Positions 1 to 11,157 are shown, counted from the first letter of the stretch. The stretch: 64,000 bases of DNA from Candidatus Scatovivens sp. (GCA_045646345.1 JAZRKN010000015.1:96001-160000); one strand, 5' to 3'. Numbers and translations: made by a program. Notes: generated by a model from the sequence alone, not told the origin.

Positions 1-1156
1 CATCTCTATTCAAACTCAATTCGTTTGTTTCTGAGTCTAAACCATCGAAATAAAATTCTTCTCTATTTGAATCTTGAGCAATTGTTCCAACAGGATTTAT
101 TGTAACTACAGGTATTCTATTTGTTTCTTGTGATCCTTCTTCAGGTTCTGTTTGTATATCTTCTGGTGTTATACTTGGAGTTACTTGTGGTTCATTTTCA
201 GTTTCTGATATTTCTGGTTCTTCAGTCTCTGGTTCTTCATTTTGTTCTTCTTGAACATTTTCCTCTGGTATAATTTCTGATTCTATAACAGGCAATTGAG
301 TTTCAGGATTAGATTCTTCTGGTTCTTCTGATTCAATTTTACCTGCAAATTCTTTTAAAAATTCTTCATCATCTTTTAATGTATTTAAAAGATGTTTTAT
401 TAAATTATTTGTCTCATCTTTATTTAATGTTACAGTATAAGCTGTAACATCTACTGATTCTTCTGCTTTTTGTATTACTATATTTTCTTGAACAGAAAAT
501 TTTTCTTCTGGTATATTTTCCATTATTTTTGATAAATATTTTTCAAAATATTTATTTTTTTCTTCTTCATTTATATCAATATTATCAATATCTTTTAATT
601 TTTTTAAATCATTATTATATGAAATATTTAATGTTTGTTTTAAATTTTCATAATTGCATCCAATATATTTATCTTGTATTTCATTTGAAAAAATTGCTAC
701 AGCATTTTCATTTGATAATGCTTTTAATTTAAATACTTCATTTTCTGCGTATTTTAATTTTGCTTCACTAAAAGATTTTGAATTATCAACATCATTTTCA
801 TTTAAAACCTCTAGAGTTATCTTACTTACATCAACATTTTTTAATTCTTCATTCTTTAAAGTCGTTGTAAAACTAACATTTGTTTCTGTTTCAAAATCTT
901 TTGTTTCTATTTTATCAATAATATTTGTATAAATATCTTTTTGAAATAGCGCTTTAAAATTTGTTTTAGAAATATTAGTTATAAATAATTCTTTTGAAGA
1001 TATTTTATTCATATTTGTTAAATAATAATATGCGCCTATAAAAAGAGCAAGAACAATTATTAAAAGAAATATAACAACCTTAATTCCATTGTTCTTTTTC
1101 TTCTTTGTTTCATAGCCTCTTTCTATTAATATATCTTCAATTCCACCACTTTTCAT
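1..1156 (-). CDS. Membrane-anchored hypothetical protein with Glu/Pro-rich linker (runs off left edge)
   Basis: Not in the ORF track because it is truncated. ATG at 1156 follows AAGGAG; reads MKSGGIEDILIERGYETKKKKNNGIKVVIFLLIIVLALFIGAYYYL (basic patch plus TM helix), later EPETEEPEISE-type low complexity. Confidence 0.75.
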   Translation of the reverse strand, partial: MKSGGIEDILIERGYETKKKKNNGIKVVIFLLIIVLALFIGAYYYLTNMNKISSKELFITNISKTNFKALFQKDIYTNIIDKIETKDFETETNVSFTTTLKNEELKNVDVSKITLEVLNENDVDNSKSFSEAKLKYAENEVFKLKALSNENAVAIFSNEIQDKYIGCNYENLKQTLNISYNNDLKKLKDIDNIDINEEEKNKYFEKYLSKIMENIPEEKFSVQENIVIQKAEESVDVTAYTVTLNKDETNNLIKHLLNTLKDDEEFLKEFAGKIESEEPEESNPETQLPVIESEIIPEENVQEEQNEEPETEEPEISETENEPQVTPSITPEDIQTEPEEGSQETNRIPVVTINPVGTIAQDSNREEFYFDGLDSETNELSLNRD

Positions 1157-1263
1157 AACACTTCTCCTTATTTATGTTATTATATATATAAATCAAAAAA
1201 ATAACAATATAAATTTCGATTTTTAACGGGTGTTTTTTACAAAAAATACATATTTTTTACAAC

Positions 1264-1292
1264 AAAAAAAGCGTTACATGATAACGCTTTTT
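1264..1292 (-). terminator. Intrinsic terminator after spoVG
   Basis: AAAAAGCGTTA-loop-TAACGCTTTTT stem flanked by A/T runs, just past the spoVG stop. Confidence 0.8.
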
Positions 1293-1306
1293 CAAACTAT
1301 TTAAAA

Positions 1307-1585
1307 TTATTCTGCTGATTCAGCTGTTTCAGCTTCTGGAGCTTCATAAGCTTCTAAAATAGCTTTTTGAATTTTTTCTCTAGTTTCAGCATTAATTGGA
1401 TGAGCTATATCTTTGAATTCTCCGTTTGGAGTTTTTTTGCTTGGCATAGCTATGAATAATCCATTTTGACTTTCAATAACTTTGATATCGTGAATTACGA
1501 ATTCACCATCGAATGTTACAGAAGCAACTGCTTTCATTCTGTTTTCTAAATTTACTTTTCTTAAACGTACATCTGTTATTTGCAT
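1307..1585 (-). CDS. spoVG: Septation/sporulation regulator SpoVG
   Basis: [11 protein letters not shown]...[10 protein letters not shown]...[10 protein letters not shown]...FKDIAHPIN, canonical SpoVG. Confidence 0.97.
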   Translation of the reverse strand: MQITDVRLRKVNLENRMKAVASVTFDGEFVIHDIKVIESQNGLFIAMPSKKTPNGEFKDIAHPINAETREKIQKAILEAYEAPEAETAESAE

Positions 1586-1797
1586 TTTTTAAGCACCTCT
1601 TTCTTATCGTTTTAATACATATAAATAAATCTATGTATCACTACTTCTATTATTCTACAAAAAAACTTTTTTTCCTTCTTTTTTTCTATATTTTTTTTGT
1701 ATTTTTTTATTATTTTTAATATACATTCATAACTCTAAAAATATTTTTTTGTATCGAATTTTGCCAAGTTCTGTAGTCCGTTTTTTAATCAATTTAC

Positions 1798-1826
1798 TTG
1801 AAATTATATGTTTATAATAGTATAAT
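1798..1826 (+). promoter_or_regulatory. Sigma-A type promoter of murC
   Basis: TTGAAA-17 bp-TATAAT, followed by AGGAGG RBS and ATG at 1852. Confidence 0.7.
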
Positions 1827-1851
1827 GACTTTAATATTTTAGGAGGATTAT

Positions 1852-3240
1852 ATGGATTTAGAAATAACAGATTTAAAACAATATAAACATATTCATCTTA
1901 TCGGAATTGGTGGAATTAGTATGAGTGCTATTGCAGAAAGATTAAAAGCATGGAACTATACTGTTACTGGTTCTGATTTAAATCAAAGCAAAATCACCGA
2001 CAATTTAAATGCACATGGAATTAAAACAACAATAGGTCATGATTTAGAAAACTCTAAAAAAGCTGATCTTATTGTTTATTCTGCTGCAATAAATGAACAA
2101 GATCCTGAAATGATTATTGCAAAAGAAAATAACATTCCACTTGTTGGTAGAGGTGAATTTGTAGGATATTTAACCAAACTTTATAAAGAAACAATCTGTA
2201 TTTCAGGAACTCATGGAAAAACAACAACAACATCTATGATTTCAATTTGTTTCGTAAATGCCGAAAAAGATCCTACAATCGAAGTTGGTGCTTTATTAAA
2301 AAACATTGGTGGAAATTATAGAGTTGGAAATAGCGATTATTTTATTTTAGAATCATGTGAATATAAAGGAAATTTCTTAAAATTCTTCCCTAAAACAGAA
2401 GTAATTCTAAATATAGATAATGACCATTTAGATTATTATAAAACATTTGATAATATAGTAAAAACATTTAAGGACTTCTCTCTTCTTTTAGATTCTGATG
2501 GTCTTTTAGTTACAAATGCTGATGATGAAAATTGTTATAATTTAAAAAATATTGTAAAATCAAAATTCATTTCTTATGGAATTGAAAATGAAAATGCAGA
2601 TTTTCTTGCAAAAAATATTTCTTATGATGATAATGGTTTTGCTATATTTGATATTTATAAATCAGGCAATTATTTTACAACAATTGAACTTTCTGTAGCT
2701 GGAAAACACAATATTTTAAATGCATTAGCATGTACTGCCGTTTGTGATTTCTATGGTATTGAAAAAGATATTATAAAAACATCTTTAAAAGAATTTACAG
2801 GAGCTGAACGTAGACTTGAATTTAAAGGAAAATTAAACAACACTATTTCTATTTTTGATGACTATGCTCATCATCCAACAGAAATAACAGCAACAGCAAA
2901 TGCAATAAAAAACAAAAAATTTAATGAATCTTGGGTTATATTCCAACCACATACATTTAGCAGAACAAAATTATTATTAGATGATTTTGCAGAATCTGTT
3001 TCAAAATTTGATAATATAATAATTTTAGATATCTATGCTGCTAGAGAAACAAATACTTATAATATAACATCAGAAGATCTAGTTCAAAAAATAAATGATT
3101 TAGGAAAAAAAGCAATTCATATATCTAATTTTGAAGATGTTATAAAACACATAAAATCTAATGTACAAGATAAAGATATTATAATAACATTAGGAGCTGG
3201 AACGGTTACAAAATTAGGTCCAATGCTTCTAGAAAATTAA
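1852..3240 (+). CDS. murC: UDP-N-acetylmuramate--L-alanine ligase
   Basis: HLIGIGGISMS, GTHGKTTTTSM, DDYAHHPTEI, FQPHTFSRT motifs. Confidence 0.97.
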   Translation: MDLEITDLKQYKHIHLIGIGGISMSAIAERLKAWNYTVTGSDLNQSKITDNLNAHGIKTTIGHDLENSKKADLIVYSAAINEQDPEMIIAKENNIPLVGRGEFVGYLTKLYKETICISGTHGKTTTTSMISICFVNAEKDPTIEVGALLKNIGGNYRVGNSDYFILESCEYKGNFLKFFPKTEVILNIDNDHLDYYKTFDNIVKTFKDFSLLLDSDGLLVTNADDENCYNLKNIVKSKFISYGIENENADFLAKNISYDDNGFAIFDIYKSGNYFTTIELSVAGKHNILNALACTAVCDFYGIEKDIIKTSLKEFTGAERRLEFKGKLNNTISIFDDYAHHPTEITATANAIKNKKFNESWVIFQPHTFSRTKLLLDDFAESVSKFDNIIILDIYAARETNTYNITSEDLVQKINDLGKKAIHISNFEDVIKHIKSNVQDKDIIITLGAGTVTKLGPMLLEN

Positions 3241-3263
3241 TTAAAAACACCAATAATTTAGTC

Positions 3264-3296
3264 AAAAAAAGAAACGATTTGAATCGTTTCTTTTTT
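3264..3296. terminator. Bidirectional intrinsic terminator
   Basis: AAAAAAGAAACGATT-TG-AATCGTTTCTTTTTT between convergent genes. Confidence 0.85.
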
Positions 3297-3304
3297 ATTT
3301 GCTA

Positions 3305-4765
3305 TTATTTTACTTTCTCATATAATGAAAATATATCATCTTGATATACTTTTTTCCAATTTGGGTCATCGGAAATGTATACATTTATAGTCTCTGAATT
3401 ATAAAGTAATGCGTGAGTTATGTCATATTCATCAAATATTACTTTATAATGAATACTTCCAGATGTTACTGAAATCCAATCATCTAAAATTGTAACACCA
3501 GGATTAAATTCTTCTGTAAAAATTCCTGACCTTGAATCTATAAATGGTTTTATTCCTTTTAATTCTAGATAACTTCCAAAATTAAAATGATTAAAAATTC
3601 TCATATTTTCTGTATCTACATTATTCAATATATAATTTGTTGCATTAACAGGATATATTAATGTATCAATATAATCATCAATTAAATTAGAATATAATTC
3701 ATTTAATGATAATAATATGACTATAACATATAGCATAATTATAAATATAATTTTTATTTTATCATTTATATACTTGCATTCAATTTTATTCTCAACAACA
3801 AATTCATTACAAAATCTAGTTATACATATAGTTGAAATAAAATAAAAGAAAAATACACATCTATATGTATTAAGCGACATTAGTGCAAATCCAAAAATAA
3901 ATAATCCATCAACAATTTTTATCTTTGTTTTTGTAAACATCATTATAAACATTGATAAGAATATTAAAGCCCAAAAATACAATTCACTTGTTATATTTAT
4001 TGGCTCCAATTCAGAAATAATTTCTGCTGATATTCCTCCCATTGCTTTAAACATATCAGTATATGGAGATACACCTTTAGGTGTACAAAAACTAAATATA
4101 ATACCAATTATCAAAGCTATAACTAATTTTTTTATATTTCTATCCTCAATTGTTACATCATCACTTAAATTTATTTTTAATTTTGCTAAAATAAATTCCG
4201 CTATATATGGCATAAAAAACACAAAATACATTGGAAATACAGAAGCATGCATATTTACTAGGACTATTGGCATTATTGCAAGAATACACAAATATCTATT
4301 TTTATTTGTTTCTAGTAATTTTTCAATTGTCCAAAATTCTATTAAAAATAATAAAAATGAAACTATTTGTGATCTAGCAGTAATAACATTTCTAGAAATA
4401 TGCATTATAAATAATGTTATTAAAAATGATATTAATTTATTTTTTGTTATTTTATTTATTATGAAATAATATAAAACAGCTTGCAAAGATGCAATAATAA
4501 TTACAAATATGTATATACCTACATATCCAAAATTATTATTTATTGTAGCTATTATTATATCAAATAACCATCTTGAATTTGTATATTCCAAATCTTCATG
4601 CCAAACATATTGTTCTTCATTCTCAACTCCATGTTCCAAAACCCTATTACCTATTGGAATTGTAAAAAAAGTATCATTTTGCATTGCTTTTGGGGTTATT
4701 GACGCAATAAATAATATAATTAATAAAACTTGTATTACATGTATTATTATATTTTTTCTTTTCAT
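3305..4765 (-). CDS. Polytopic membrane protein, probable GT-C-fold glycosyltransferase-like
   Basis: About 10-11 hydrophobic segments; acidic motif after TM1 (QNDTFF), NMH and GSYL...FIDSR motifs, soluble C-terminal domain. The function is inferred. Confidence 0.55.
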   Translation of the reverse strand: MKRKNIIIHVIQVLLIILFIASITPKAMQNDTFFTIPIGNRVLEHGVENEEQYVWHEDLEYTNSRWLFDIIIATINNNFGYVGIYIFVIIIASLQAVLYYFIINKITKNKLISFLITLFIMHISRNVITARSQIVSFLLFLIEFWTIEKLLETNKNRYLCILAIMPIVLVNMHASVFPMYFVFFMPYIAEFILAKLKINLSDDVTIEDRNIKKLVIALIIGIIFSFCTPKGVSPYTDMFKAMGGISAEIISELEPINITSELYFWALIFLSMFIMMFTKTKIKIVDGLFIFGFALMSLNTYRCVFFFYFISTICITRFCNEFVVENKIECKYINDKIKIIFIIMLYVIVILLSLNELYSNLIDDYIDTLIYPVNATNYILNNVDTENMRIFNHFNFGSYLELKGIKPFIDSRSGIFTEEFNPGVTILDDWISVTSGSIHYKVIFDEYDITHALLYNSETINVYISDDPNWKKVYQDDIFSLYEKVK

Positions 4766-4799
4766 TGTAGTATTTATTAGAAATTAATCTAATTCCTTT

Positions 4800-5840
4800 C
4801 TATTTATATAATATAGTTCTGAAGGCTAATTTAGTTGTATTGGTAAAAAAGTTTTCATTCTCTTTTATTGAAAATCTATCAAAATTATTTATATTATATC
4901 CATAATCTACTGGTAAATCTTCTAATGATTCGAATGAGGCACCTCTTATTATTACATTTGAATATGTTGTTTCAGAAGTAATTTCCATTACATTATCCAT
5001 AATATCATATATGTTCTTATGTGACATTCTTCCAGAAATAACCTTTTTATCAAAATTTATCATATCAACTTTAATATCATTATTTTTTAAAATCCAACTT
5101 AAAGTTGTATCAAATGCATATCCATTCATTAATTCACAATTTATATTATCATACATTGATTTTACTATATTATTTGCTTCATCTCTTGTAACATCTGTCC
5201 ACACTTCTGTATCTTTTTTTGATACTGGCTTCTCATTTTCTTTTCCTATTTCAAATCTAGAGATATAAAATCCACCGTTTTCTAAAGCGCTTTGAATAAA
5301 ATCTTCGTATTCATCATTATTGCAAAGATCTTTGCTGATAAATGCTTGTTCTGATAAGTTCTTTCTTTCTAGTTTTGGAACATCTCTATTATCTAAATTT
5401 GTACAAGGAACCCATACATATTGATTTTGATTCTCATCTTGAATTACAAAACCAGAATTCCAATCTCCTTCAAAAAAAGAAAAACCTTCCGGAATATATG
5501 GTTCATCAAACCTTTCATTTTCATAATTTAAATTAATTTTTTCATTATAATATTTGCTTTCTTTGGCAATTAATTCATCATATTTTTCATACATCAAATC
5601 ATTTGCTTTTGATGTTTTATACCATTCAAAGTTTTTAGTTAATAATTTTATTTGACTATTAACAAAATAAACAAAGTAAATACAAATTACAATTAAGATT
5701 ATATAAAAAATATATTTTATAATTTTCTTTTCTTTATATTTTTCTATTAATTTAACAATTTCTTTTATGTTTTTTATTGCGTATATAAAAATTAAAATTC
5801 CAACTATTGCAATCCCTATTTTTATTATTTGATTATCCAT
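4800..5840 (-). CDS. Membrane-anchored protein with FGE-sulfatase/C-lectin-like extracellular domain
   Basis: Two N-terminal TM helices; PYIPEGF..GFVIQD..NQYVWVP, GGFYISRFE, NIYDIMDNVMEIT, IIRGAS, LAFRTILY resemble FGE-sulfatase-type motifs. Confidence 0.6.
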   Translation of the reverse strand: MDNQIIKIGIAIVGILIFIYAIKNIKEIVKLIEKYKEKKIIKYIFYIILIVICIYFVYFVNSQIKLLTKNFEWYKTSKANDLMYEKYDELIAKESKYYNEKINLNYENERFDEPYIPEGFSFFEGDWNSGFVIQDENQNQYVWVPCTNLDNRDVPKLERKNLSEQAFISKDLCNNDEYEDFIQSALENGGFYISRFEIGKENEKPVSKKDTEVWTDVTRDEANNIVKSMYDNINCELMNGYAFDTTLSWILKNNDIKVDMINFDKKVISGRMSHKNIYDIMDNVMEITSETTYSNVIIRGASFESLEDLPVDYGYNINNFDRFSIKENENFFTNTTKLAFRTILYK

Positions 5841-5909
5841 ATTTACCTCTTACATTTGTTTATTTAAGCTATTTTCACGATTTAGATAATTATATAAATA
5901 TATATTTTT

Positions 5910-7112
5910 TTAGTCAATAGATTTGTTTAATTCTTTAATCATCAAATCCGCAAAAATAGCATAACCAACGCTTGGATCAGATACTAATACATTAGTTATC
6001 GCTCCTATGAATTTTCCATTTTGAATAATTGGTGCTCCCGATAACCCTCGTATAATTCCACCAGTTTCATTTAATAGATTCTCATCAGTAATTTTTATTA
6101 ACATACTTTTATTATTAAAATCATTATCTTTATATATTTTTTCTATTTTAACATCATATTCTTTAGCAATATTATTATCTTTAAATGCACATAAAACACT
6201 TGCCTTTCCCACTTCTATCTCATTTCTCAAAGCAATTTCCATTGTTTTAGAAGTATCTATATTTAATGCCGTTATATTATTTAATATTCCATATACACCA
6301 AAAGGTGTATTTTTTCTAATATCACCAATTGTTTGACTATTTATTATAGTTCCTTTTATTTCACCTGGAAATCCACATTCTGCTTTTTTTAGAGATAATA
6401 TCTTAGCAGTAACTAATTCTCCAGAATCAATATTTATTAAATTATTGGTATCAGTATCTGTAATTCCATGTCCTAATATTCCATATTCTTTTGTTTGAGG
6501 TATATAAAAACTCATTGTCCCAACACCAGTTGCAGCATCTTTTACCCATAAACCAATTTTATATTGATTATCTTCAATTTGAATTGGCTTTATATCTGTA
6601 TTTATTATTGAGCCATTTCTAAAAATTGTAAGATTTAATTTTTTTCCATTAGACTCATTTACTATTCTTTTTAAACTTTCTATATTTTCGACAATCTCTT
6701 CATTTATCTTTAATATGGTATCTCCTGACTTTATATCAGAATCTTCATAAGATTTACTAAAAACGTTATTACAATCTTCTATTTCAGACATTCCTACAAC
6801 TAAAACACCGTTTGTATACATTTTTAAACCAATTATTTTTCCTACCGGAACAACTTTGGTTGCTTTCATTTTAGTTACATATATATTTTTTAAATTTACT
6901 TTACCTAGTAATTTTATTTCTAATTTACTAGAATTTATATTCTCATTCGATGCTTCTAGCACTTCTATAACATCAATTCCAAACATTTCTTTTATTTTTG
7001 GTATTTCACCTTCTAATAAAACTAAATTATCTGGCAATAACGTTATAAATGATACATAAATATATACAATTAACAATAAAAAAAAGGTTAATATAAATTT
7101 TATTTTTTTCAT
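5910..7112 (-). CDS. spoIVB: SpoIVB peptidase (S55, PDZ)
   Basis: VVPVGKIIGLK, PDZ segment, GLWVKD..TGVGTMSF, LGHGITD, TGGIIRGLSGAPIIQNGK. Confidence 0.93.
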   Translation of the reverse strand: MKKIKFILTFFLLLIVYIYVSFITLLPDNLVLLEGEIPKIKEMFGIDVIEVLEASNENINSSKLEIKLLGKVNLKNIYVTKMKATKVVPVGKIIGLKMYTNGVLVVGMSEIEDCNNVFSKSYEDSDIKSGDTILKINEEIVENIESLKRIVNESNGKKLNLTIFRNGSIINTDIKPIQIEDNQYKIGLWVKDAATGVGTMSFYIPQTKEYGILGHGITDTDTNNLINIDSGELVTAKILSLKKAECGFPGEIKGTIINSQTIGDIRKNTPFGVYGILNNITALNIDTSKTMEIALRNEIEVGKASVLCAFKDNNIAKEYDVKIEKIYKDNDFNNKSMLIKITDENLLNETGGIIRGLSGAPIIQNGKFIGAITNVLVSDPSVGYAIFADLMIKELNKSID

Positions 7113-7136
7113 AAAATTATATTAACCATTTTTATT

Positions 7137-9764
7137 TTATTTATAAATAATTCTTATATATTTTATTGCATTTTTGAAAACTTCATTTTGATCTGTAATT
7201 TTGTCTTCTACTCCATCACCATCGGCATCACTTCCAGTTCCAACATATGCTGTTGTACCATCAGCTAAATTATCGAAATATAAATTTATTGATGTACCAT
7301 CTATTTTTTGTGTATCATCTTGAGTTATAGTTAAGTTAGGATCTAATCTTACTACTATAGTATTCTCAACAGTTACATTTGATGAAATTGCATAAATTTC
7401 ATTTGTTAATAAATTTGAATTATTGATAAATCCAACTTGATATTGAAGTACAGATTCTTGTGGGTTTGTAGTCTTTATCGTTCCTAATACAATCTCAACA
7501 GCTTTTACATTTTTTAATGGTAATGTCGATAATTCTGCAATTTTATTTTTTTCATATATTATTTCGTATCCTTGTGGTATTGAAACAGCATTCATTTTAT
7601 ATAAGTTATTTCTACATTTTCCAATTCCTATATAGTACTCTCTTAGTAAATCTTTACAAACAGGAATATCCGCAGAATCTGCTGCTTCTATCATTCCATT
7701 TGATTGTATCACAACTCCAGTTGCTTTTTCAAAAAATTGATTTTCCTCATAATTCCCATCATTTATACAATCATAACAAGCAAAATTTTTATGATCATAT
7801 CTATAAGATAATAAAGAATTATGTTTATTATATACTTTGTCATATTTTGCATCTTTTGACGCAAAACCAATTTGTTCAGGAACCCCTCCAGCTAAACCTT
7901 TTCTTAGAAGTTTTGGACAATCTATTTTATGATATTCTGATAATTCATTTGAAAAATCAGCTTTATCAACAAAATATAAATCCTCTGCTGAAACAGAAAT
8001 TTCATTATTAGTGCTTGATACTATCATATAGTTATTATATGTTTTTAAACCACAGTGATATCCTTGTAAGAATGATACGATAGAAGGATTTGTCAACACT
8101 TTAATCCACTCTTCTTCTTCCATAATAGGCATTGCATATGTACTTCTTCCAGTTGTCATTGTATTATATGTTGACATCGCTAAGTTTAAATTATATTGTA
8201 TAGAATTTCTTATTACATTTAATTTATGTGTTGCAAATATTGAGTCAATAGGTACTTCTGTTATTCCTATTTCTGTTTGTCCCTCAATAGCAAATATCGG
8301 ATCATCAGACTCTTCAAAATTGTATGTTAACAATTGACTTCCATTTACTGATCTATATTCTTGTCCAGCAATTTCAACCAAATCTTTTTCAAGAACACCA
8401 CCTAAATTTGCTTGAACCCATTCTGTAAAAATTATTCCAGAAACATAATATGTCATTGCAGAAATTTTATCTAATTCATATTGCAAATTATTTCTTTCTT
8501 CTCTTGTAAGTGTTACAATTTCATCAAGTTTCCCAATTGTATCTGTACTTGTAAGTGTTAACCCTGTTTTTGTTATAAAATCAGTTATTTCTGCAGTGCC
8601 TTCAGGCATTGCTCCAACTTGAATCGCTAATTTATAATAATGAGCGTTATCAATTCTAGTATTACATACAGTAATCTGTCTACTTAATTCATCATAAGAA
8701 CCATGTCCACCTGAAGTAAGTTTAATATAATCCGTAGTTCCTTGTACGATTTTATCTTTGTAACCTTGATTTTTATCATTTATATCATAGCCAACAGTAG
8801 CACTCCAATTTGGATTTGCAATCTCTAGTTCTATTACTTTTCCTGATTCTACCTGTTTTTTTGCATCTTCTTGACTATATTTCATTAAATCAATAATATC
8901 TGCACCAGTAGCATTATAGCAATCATTTGGTAATAAATACCCTGATTTTGTATAATAAATATCACCTATAGTTCCTTCTATAGTGATAAAATTATCTAAT
9001 GTATAAACAACTGAAATATCAAAACTTCCCGTTCTTTTATATCTTGCTGAATATGGCATATATGATTTTAAAACATTTTTGGTTTTTAATTCAGCATCAG
9101 CAATATTTGTAGTATATACTGTTGGGTCTGATGGATTGGCTTTTTTCTTTTGATATAAAATTTGACCATAATCTTGTTTTACAAAACCAGGATCATTTTT
9201 TCTTAAATAATTACCAACATCCGAATAATTTGCATATTTAATATGCCCACTTCCTCCAGCCTTACATTCAGCACATTCATCCTCAGATGCTTGAGTTGGA
9301 TGAGCAACTGTATATGTATAATCAGAACCATTTATTTTTACACCAGAATCTCCAACGGCAACAGCATTACCATCTGAATCTGTAAGCACTATAGGAACTC
9401 TCGTTGGTGCATATATATAATAACCATCATATAACGTATACAATAATGATGGTACATATGGTTCTATATAGTTTTTACTAGCATTAGACATACCTAAATT
9501 TGTAGCTAAAGTATTAATAAAGACATTTGAAGATGCCTCTATTATTGTACGCAAAGAATCAGACACGGTCGATAAATCCTCATTTGCTGTATTAATTTCA
9601 AATGCGGATAATGCATCACGTGTCGAATTCAATAATTTTGCGTCATATTGATTTTGTAAATTTATTGTTTCTACTTGCAATCTTATGTAATACGATAATA
9701 CTAATATTAATGGTAATACAATCAATGCAAATAGTACACTAACACCTTGTAATTTCATTAACAA
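7137..9764 (-). CDS. Large pilin-like/TadG-like accessory protein
   Basis: Single N-terminal hydrophobic helix then a large extracellular region; YHKIDC...ACYDC metal-binding-like motif and DADGDG Ca-loop-like motif; last of the pilin-like run. Confidence 0.55.
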   Translation of the reverse strand: MLMKLQGVSVLFALIVLPLILVLSYYIRLQVETINLQNQYDAKLLNSTRDALSAFEINTANEDLSTVSDSLRTIIEASSNVFINTLATNLGMSNASKNYIEPYVPSLLYTLYDGYYIYAPTRVPIVLTDSDGNAVAVGDSGVKINGSDYTYTVAHPTQASEDECAECKAGGSGHIKYANYSDVGNYLRKNDPGFVKQDYGQILYQKKKANPSDPTVYTTNIADAELKTKNVLKSYMPYSARYKRTGSFDISVVYTLDNFITIEGTIGDIYYTKSGYLLPNDCYNATGADIIDLMKYSQEDAKKQVESGKVIELEIANPNWSATVGYDINDKNQGYKDKIVQGTTDYIKLTSGGHGSYDELSRQITVCNTRIDNAHYYKLAIQVGAMPEGTAEITDFITKTGLTLTSTDTIGKLDEIVTLTREERNNLQYELDKISAMTYYVSGIIFTEWVQANLGGVLEKDLVEIAGQEYRSVNGSQLLTYNFEESDDPIFAIEGQTEIGITEVPIDSIFATHKLNVIRNSIQYNLNLAMSTYNTMTTGRSTYAMPIMEEEEWIKVLTNPSIVSFLQGYHCGLKTYNNYMIVSSTNNEISVSAEDLYFVDKADFSNELSEYHKIDCPKLLRKGLAGGVPEQIGFASKDAKYDKVYNKHNSLLSYRYDHKNFACYDCINDGNYEENQFFEKATGVVIQSNGMIEAADSADIPVCKDLLREYYIGIGKCRNNLYKMNAVSIPQGYEIIYEKNKIAELSTLPLKNVKAVEIVLGTIKTTNPQESVLQYQVGFINNSNLLTNEIYAISSNVTVENTIVVRLDPNLTITQDDTQKIDGTSINLYFDNLADGTTAYVGTGSDADGDGVEDKITDQNEVFKNAIKYIRIIYK

Positions 9765-9775
9765 CTTCCTTTATA

Positions 9776-10321
9776 TTAATAAGATCCATTTGCTGTTACA
9801 ACACCAGAATGTTGCGCTGCAATTGTATATACATCGCTTCCTGAAATTGAGTAAAATACTCCTCTAATAGTTTGAGATAATGTTTTGTTAGTATTTTTTA
9901 CGCTAACTGAAAAAATATCTCCTTCTTTCATTTTATAAACTCCGTTTGAGTTATATGTTCCAGCTCTATCTTCTAAAACTTCAACAATTTGAGAAGTATA
10001 TACAGAGTAATAAACATTTTCACCAATTACTGTACCTTGTGTCCAAGCAGATTTTTTACCAATGTTTTCATCCAAAATTTTTACTTCCATTTCTACATCG
10101 TATGAATTTCCTGTAGCAGCAATTGTTGTAACTAATTTTGTATAATTATCCATTGTTATTTTTCCTATTGTTCTTGAATTATCAACAAATTCAGCTGTTG
10201 CAGTTTGTACTGATAATTGTGATATATCATCACTTCTTTCAGATACTGATAATAATGGGAAAATAAACATTAAAACAGTTGCAAGTAATATAGCAACAAT
10301 TGTAATTAATGTATCACTCAT
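9776..10321 (-). CDS. Pilin-like (TadE-like) protein
   Basis: N-terminal hydrophobic helix followed by QTATAEFVDNSRTIGKIT; located in the Tad-like locus. Confidence 0.6.
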   Translation of the reverse strand: MSDTLITIVAILLATVLMFIFPLLSVSERSDDISQLSVQTATAEFVDNSRTIGKITMDNYTKLVTTIAATGNSYDVEMEVKILDENIGKKSAWTQGTVIGENVYYSVYTSQIVEVLEDRAGTYNSNGVYKMKEGDIFSVSVKNTNKTLSQTIRGVFYSISGSDVYTIAAQHSGVVTANGSY

Positions 10322-10364
10322 ATAATTTTTCCTCCTTAAATTTTTTTATTATATTATTTATTTT

Positions 10365-11157
10365 TTACGGTATCAATGTATAAATTATTATAGTCTTATC
10401 TTTAGCATTTGCTCCTACAACTAATTCGTCACCTTCTTCAGTTTCAAGAGTTTGTCCAGTATATGAATAATTTATAAATTCTTCTTTAAACATATTTCCA
10501 TATTTTATTGCTTGGCAAAATTTATTATTTGTATAGTCTAAATATTTGTTATTTATATATCCTGCTTGTCCATTAATAAATAAATCTACTCTTAATTTTA
10601 CTAGTTCTGGGTTACCTAACCATGGTGCTCCGTTTAAGTAATAATTTTTACATGCAGCAGTTATGTTATCACCAAAAATAGCATTATATGCTTCATTTTG
10701 AATCATTGAAACAGTTAATGCCCCTTCATTAAGACTTCTATCGCCTACTGCTCCATTTGCTTTACCTTCTAAGTATACATCAAATAGTTGTATAACATCT
10801 CCGGCCTTCATCACAGATTTTAACACAGAAATTTTCTTTATAATATCTATATAATGTAGGGATAATTGTCTCTGCTGATACAATTCTTGATGTTCCTATT
10901 GCAAGTGAATCTTCAGAATCAGTAAATAAAGAACCACAAGAATCACAATATTTATTCTTTGATGGATTTTTTACTCCACAACTACATGCCTTTAGTAATT
11001 CCACATTGTCATAATACGCAGTTGAATCAGAATAAAATACTAAAGTTTCTGCTGTTGTAGCAACCATTGAAAGCATAAAGATTGCTAGAGATAATGCAAT
11101 TACTAATACAAAAACGGCAAACGCCATATTAACCGCGGTGGTTGCATTCTCGTCCAT
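10365..11157 (-). CDS. Pilin-like protein with zinc ribbon, split by a +1 frameshift at a CGG codon (about 263 aa when joined)
   Basis: ORFs 10780-11157 and 10365-10883 overlap. Minus strand reads GAT GAA GGC C|GGA GAT GTT ATA CAA; skipping the C at 10803 gives CVKICDEG-GDVIQLFD. MDENATTA N-terminus resembles its neighbours. Confidence 0.7.
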
